A stretch of 64,000 bases of DNA, from assembly GCF_024521635.1 (NCBI RefSeq), contig NW_026250431.1:124001-188000 (forward strand), written 5' to 3'. The translations under genes and the position numbers were made by a program. The notes beneath the pieces were generated by a model. That model searched no databases and was not told where the DNA came from. It saw only the letters and a list, made by a program, of their open reading frames with translations. Of this stretch, positions 59,371-64,000 are shown piece by piece; positions within the stretch are counted from its first letter, which is position 1; the number at the start of each line of letters is the position of its first letter. The DNA comes from Tricharina praecox. Lineage: Eukaryota.

Positions 59371-60745
59371 ATGCTGAAGTCACAAAGGTTAGAAAATATC
59401 GCAAGTGTCCTTCATTATTTTTGCTAACTATTTATCAGAAGCACCTCTACATCTTCCAAACTACCGGTAGTCACTCTCGGAAAAAACCGCCTGCAACACC
59501 ATTACCATATCAAAATTTCTCTACTACCACAAAGGTTAGAATATACTGCAAGTGTTCTTGATTGTTTTTGCTAATTGTTTACTAGTTCACTCCGTTTCAC
59601 CGCAGAAGAGACCAGACGACCGCTACTACTACCGATACTATGCCGTACACAAGGGAACAATAACGGCGGGTGCGGTGGCTGCGATGAAGCAAGCGTGCTC
59701 TATGGAGCCGTTGCCGAGCAGGTTTCCATCCCCAAAAACTACGCCGTATACCTCGGAGAATTACCGGCTGGTCCGGTGGCCGCGATGAAGTAAGTGCGCT
59801 CTATGGAGCCGTTGCTGGACGGCCCTCGACGACCGATAAAATGCCATATACTACGGAGGAATAACGGCGGGTCCGGTAGCCGCGATGAAGCAAGTGCGCT
59901 CTATGGAGCCGTTGCTGAGCGGCCCTGCACATTGTCTCACCCAAATATTATTTGGGGGGTCTCTGCGGTGTTCAATCCGAAGAACCCGTGGGGTTACCGA
60001 GACAGAGAAGCCCAAGAAGCTGCTGGTGAAGGCTCCTGTAGAGGATGTGGAGGCGGAGGGGGAGGCTGAGCCTCATGCAAAAGCGAGAGACTTTAGCTAT
60101 ATCCTGCAGCCGGGAATAGTGAATCCAAAGTCGGTGTATAGGCAGAGACCGGCGTAGAAGAAAATGGAGCAATCGATCTTGTCGATGCTTCTGGTAAGTC
60201 TTTGCGCTGCGAGATGGCGTGTGGGTGGTGTGTGTGCTAGCCTTGAATAGGCCCAGGAGAATAAGAACGGCATCGACGAAGACGAAAGAACACCGTCGAC
60301 GAAGATGACAAAAACTTCTACGTGGGACTTGGGGCCTTGGGGGCCCTTGTGGCTCCTCCGCTCTCAGCTTGGCGGAAATTCGCCATTGAGATGCGGAGGT
60401 TTCATTGTCGGAATTCGCGACTTCGCTAGGGAATGGTGCGATAAACGGGTGGTGGTGAGGAACCTGAAGTGTCGAGCAGGACTTGGTGCGCCTTGGATGG
60501 ATTTCTCTGTTTTCGAGGCTGGACCTTCATCTCCCACTCGCTCCACAGACATTACTCTAGGAAAATACTTCGCCAACCACTCGAACGGCCTCCGTATTGC
60601 CAGGACTTACCGAAGCTCGTACGTACTGAGTTTGTACTTCGATTACAAAACCCGCGATCCAACCCGAAATCGTAAGCAACGGGAATATTCTGGATTGCCA
60701 CAGGACTCCCGGGCTCAAAAACGTGGAAGAGTAAGAAGGGAATGA
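59371..60745 (+). pseudogene. Spliced orphan gene or pseudogene built from internal duplications
   Basis: TATAAA at 59292, ACAATG at 59371, two paralogous introns, a third GTAAGT..TAG intron (~60194-60250), three ~105-bp tandem units and an in-frame stop at 60155-60157. I could not build a clean full model. Confidence 0.35.
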
Positions 60746-60882
60746 GGTCCTTGTGGTGTGGCCCACCAGATGGGATGGGAGGGTAGAAGATGATGTCAGG
60801 ACTCGGGAAGGAGGCCGGCCGGCTTGTGGTGTCCGGGAAAGGAGGAAAAGGCGGAAAGGCGGACGCGATGGCCAAGAAACCC

Positions 60883-61605
60883 TTTTTTTGTTCATTCATT
60901 GATTTCATGCGACCTATCTAGATCATGGCAATATCATCTACCTGTGCGTCCCCCTTTTTCCACGCCACTGTCCAACCCAACTTTCATCAGTCGGCCCGAT
61001 GTGGCTTTCCCTGCCCTCCGCCCTGGCCTTCCCCGACAGTATCTCAGCGCACCAAGCAGAGGCAGAGCTTGGAAGAGGCAACAATCGTTCCCTCTCGCCA
61101 CATCCGCCTCCACCGCTCGCTCCGCCCCCCGCACCCACGCCCTCGAGTCGTCCCACTTCCACCGCAAGTCTCTGGCCCGCTATTCTACGTCGCTTGGCTT
61201 CTCAGCTTCAGTGCCCTCCTCCTCAGCTTCGGCACCCTCCTCCTCCTCCTCCTCGAGTCGCCTCAGCTCCGTTCTCTCTTCCGGCTCCCTAAGCTCCCAC
61301 TCGGATGCCTCGCTTGCTGCATCGTCCTCACCAGCCTCTAGCATTCATCTGCCCAGTGTTGGAGAGGAACTCTAGGACGGCCTTACTACATCGCTCGTCT
61401 GCGAAGAGAACCCGGATTTTGAAGTGGTCTTTGCTCCTCCGTGTTTGGTTCTGAGCTTTTGCCCCGAGTGTCTTTTGCTGACTTTTCCATTCAGGGCAAT
61501 TTTTGAAAAGGTGCTCCCGTGTCTGTGTCTTGTACAGACACCAGCCACAGCGGCCATCCGGGCGGCTTCTCGTCCACTGGAGGTACTGGCCGGTGAGGCA
61601 GGGGC
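60883..61605 (-). mobile_element. 5'-truncated LINE 3' fragment (A-type tail)
   Basis: CLTGQYLQWT..CGWCLYKTQTREHLFKNC..FADERCSKAVLEFL, acidic end, conserved tail and poly-A. Confidence 0.92.
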
Positions 61606-62837
61606 CTTGTACTGCGCCCATTGTTTACGAATGACCTCAATCGTGCAAGCAGCGAGTGAGATCATGTGAGAAAGTTTGCCAAGATCTTCCGAGGCAAATT
61701 GGACATTCTCTCTCCTCAGAAAACCCTCAATTGTTTCCGTTTTGGGGTAACAGCAAGCTTTATCGTGGCTGCTATGTCGGGAACATCTTCTAATGTCTCA
61801 TATTTGCCGTGTTTAAAATTTCGTGGTTCGACTTACGCGTGCGATTATGTAGCCATCACTCTGCCACCCAATCACAAACACTTAGGGAATTCGCTTCAAG
61901 TGAGCCATAAAACACAACCACGCTCACGGTCCGCCTATTCCCCGCTCACGCTACATACCGCACGATTACAACGGAAAGCCATACCCACGTTCATTACCCG
62001 CACCATCCATAGACACAGTGCACTGCCGGTGGACTATCCCAGATAAAACTCGTAAAAAATATCAGGATGACATCGAGTGGCCGATGGTGACGATGATTAT
62101 ACGGAGGAGGATGGTGATCTAAACTGCACATCTCTCTGTTATGTAAACCTTCTGTTGCCCGCAGTGTTTTCTCTATAGGTATTACAATACATTATATCGG
62201 TTTGAGGGAACGCAGAAAACAACCCCCCAGAAGAGAATGATCTCAACTCGGTGAGAAGGTGCAACTTCGTATTTTGCTCATGTGCTTAATGAGATCGTAT
62301 CGGTAGAAGCGGGAGCACCACATGCCAGTAGGATTGCTCAGGAAACAGACCATTTCGCCAACATCCGAGTATTTCTATCTCGGAGTCACGCGAAGGTATT
62401 TTTCTTTTGTCGAATCATTGACCTCACGCAAAGGCATTAGTCGCTGGCGGAACTAGTGAAACAAACGAGTGCGAATGAGAGCATGCTGTGAAGGTCTGCG
62501 ATTGCGCAACAGCGACTGTCAGGAGGGGGCGAGTCACGGAGGAACTCGCACGTAGGTCCCTTTAATTGGACTATTAGAGAGTGCGGCTCGCCTTTGGAGC
62601 CCCCATTCCCTGGAACATCCTCACCCACGGTACACACACATTCTCCTTCCAAAAGGGCGACTCCACCGTGTTTCCCGTACTCTCACGGAATCCGTCGTCG
62701 TGGTTCATCCATCACAGAAGTTATAACATCGCAGAAAGGCACATATAACAGATTGCCGTGGTGTATTCGCAACCGAAATCTCTCAACAGAACACAGTTCA
62801 GCATCAAATTCCATCGAAACGGTGCTCTCGCCGAGGG

Positions 62838-63456
62838 TCAGTCCTCCGACTCGACAATGAACCTTCCCCAAAGCAGTTCGCCGATGAAGATGCCAGCCAG
62901 AGCACTAAAGATATATCCCACATTGTACGTCATGACGGCCAACATGCTTCACACGATCAGTTTCCACACAGTACTACCAATCGACCCTGGGGAAGACTTA
63001 CAGTAGAAACTCGACTCCCGTGATTACCGTCATCATCAGCGCACGTATGAGGTCGCACCACTCCATGGAGCTCCTGCCATGGGGCCGCGCCCAGATTCCG
63101 GAGCACGTCCACTTCGTCTGATGCGAGAGGTCACTCGACAGGTAGTATTGGGCGCGGCGATTGTTTTCGTGCACCGTCCAGCGCCTCTCCATGACGTGTT
63201 TCAACGCGATCAAGAGGCGGGCAGTGAAGCCGAGGAGGATGAGGAAGATGCAGATGCCCACGTAGTCGCCGAAGCTGGATGGGACGAAGGCGCGGCCGTA
63301 AAGCAGCGTTACGGTGGAGGCGATGAAGCCCATCGGCATGTTGTGCATGCTGCTGTTGTTCGAATCCGGTGAGGACCCCGAGTGCAAGATGGATTTGCAG
63401 TTATTGTTGGGACCAGCCACTGGGGCGGTCGGTGGATGGTGATGCGATGGATCCAT
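62838..63456 (-). CDS. Ctr-family copper transporter, 2 exons (63456-63002, 62946-62838), 187 aa
   Basis: His/Met-rich N-terminus (HHH, MHNMPM) and TM1. After intron GTAAGT..CTGAT..AG come MLAVMTYN (MxxxM) and GIFIG (GxxxG). Confidence 0.92.
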
Positions 63457-63765
63457 TTTTCGTGTTGGTGGTGAGTGTGGTGGTGGAGGTTTATCGAAGA
63501 TATCGTAGTTATCAAGAGGAGGTAGAGAGAGCAGGTAGGAGTTGGTCAGTGAGGCTTTATAGCGTCAATACATTGAAAGTTCGCTGCCGAATAAATCCAT
63601 TCAAGAGAGGCTGCTCCCAGTCGCCATCACGTTTCATACAACGGCATCGATCGCCCAGTTGTTCTGCTTCATCTCGACCCTAGCCCCACACAGAAAAACC
63701 CTGGGCCCGAAAAGCGGGCGGATGAGTGTCGTGCGCATTGAAGCACCCTCCTGTCTAAGTACACT

Positions 63766-64000
63766 TCACTCGTCAACATAATACAGTTCGTCCAGTCTCT
63801 CGAATTCCTCCTCGATCGCCCACACCACCGGCACCCACTCCTCGACAGAAATCAGGTCCAGCCTCCTCGGATTCACATCGACGAGTAGCCTCGAGACATC
63901 CGGAAACTGCCAGAATGGTTTCTGGTGATACGAGGCAAAGGCACAGGTGATCCCCAAGCAATGTTCGTTCCGAATGGAGATTTCCTCGCGCCGTTCGAGC
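63766..64000 (-). CDS. 3' end of an unidentified gene running off the window
   Basis: Frame is open from the window edge to TGA at 63766 (..FWQFPDVSRLLVDVNPRRLDL..YYVDE). Confidence 0.4.
   Translation of the reverse strand, partial: LERREEISIRNEHCLGITCAFASYHQKPFWQFPDVSRLLVDVNPRRLDLISVEEWVPVVWAIEEEFERLDELYYVDE

Overview
Repeat-rich eukaryotic DNA from a filamentous ascomycete, inferred from short GT-AG introns with CTAAC/CTGAC branch sites and fungal-type genes. Host genes I can support: a C2H2 zinc-finger protein, a divergent three-exon SRF/Mcm1-type MADS-box gene, a small Cys-rich peptide, an AIM6-like PLC-type phosphodiesterase, a secreted GH16 glycoside hydrolase, SNX3, a Ctr copper transporter and several orphans. 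About 14-49 kb is a nest of decayed mobile DNA. It holds two related families of RNase H-containing (Tad1-like) LINEs: family A with an A-rich tail and family B with a (CT)n tail. It also holds three non-autonomous hAT elements (CAGTGTTCTA TIRs, 8-bp TSDs), two solo-LTR-like elements, and four copies of a ~2-kb modular composite repeat, one of which preserves the empty insertion sites. Most notable: (i) a ~415-bp bipartite SINE-like element made of the LINE-A 5' head and 3' tail; (ii) a conserved LINE 3' RNA hairpin with a GNRA loop and a compensatory base change, plus a terminal motif shared by both LINE families; (iii) repeated insertion of LINE-B at one target sequence; (iv) variable cargo in the composite repeat, including a captured TauD-like exon. 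All calls come from reading the sequence by eye with no database searches, so the boundaries of decayed repeats are approximate.
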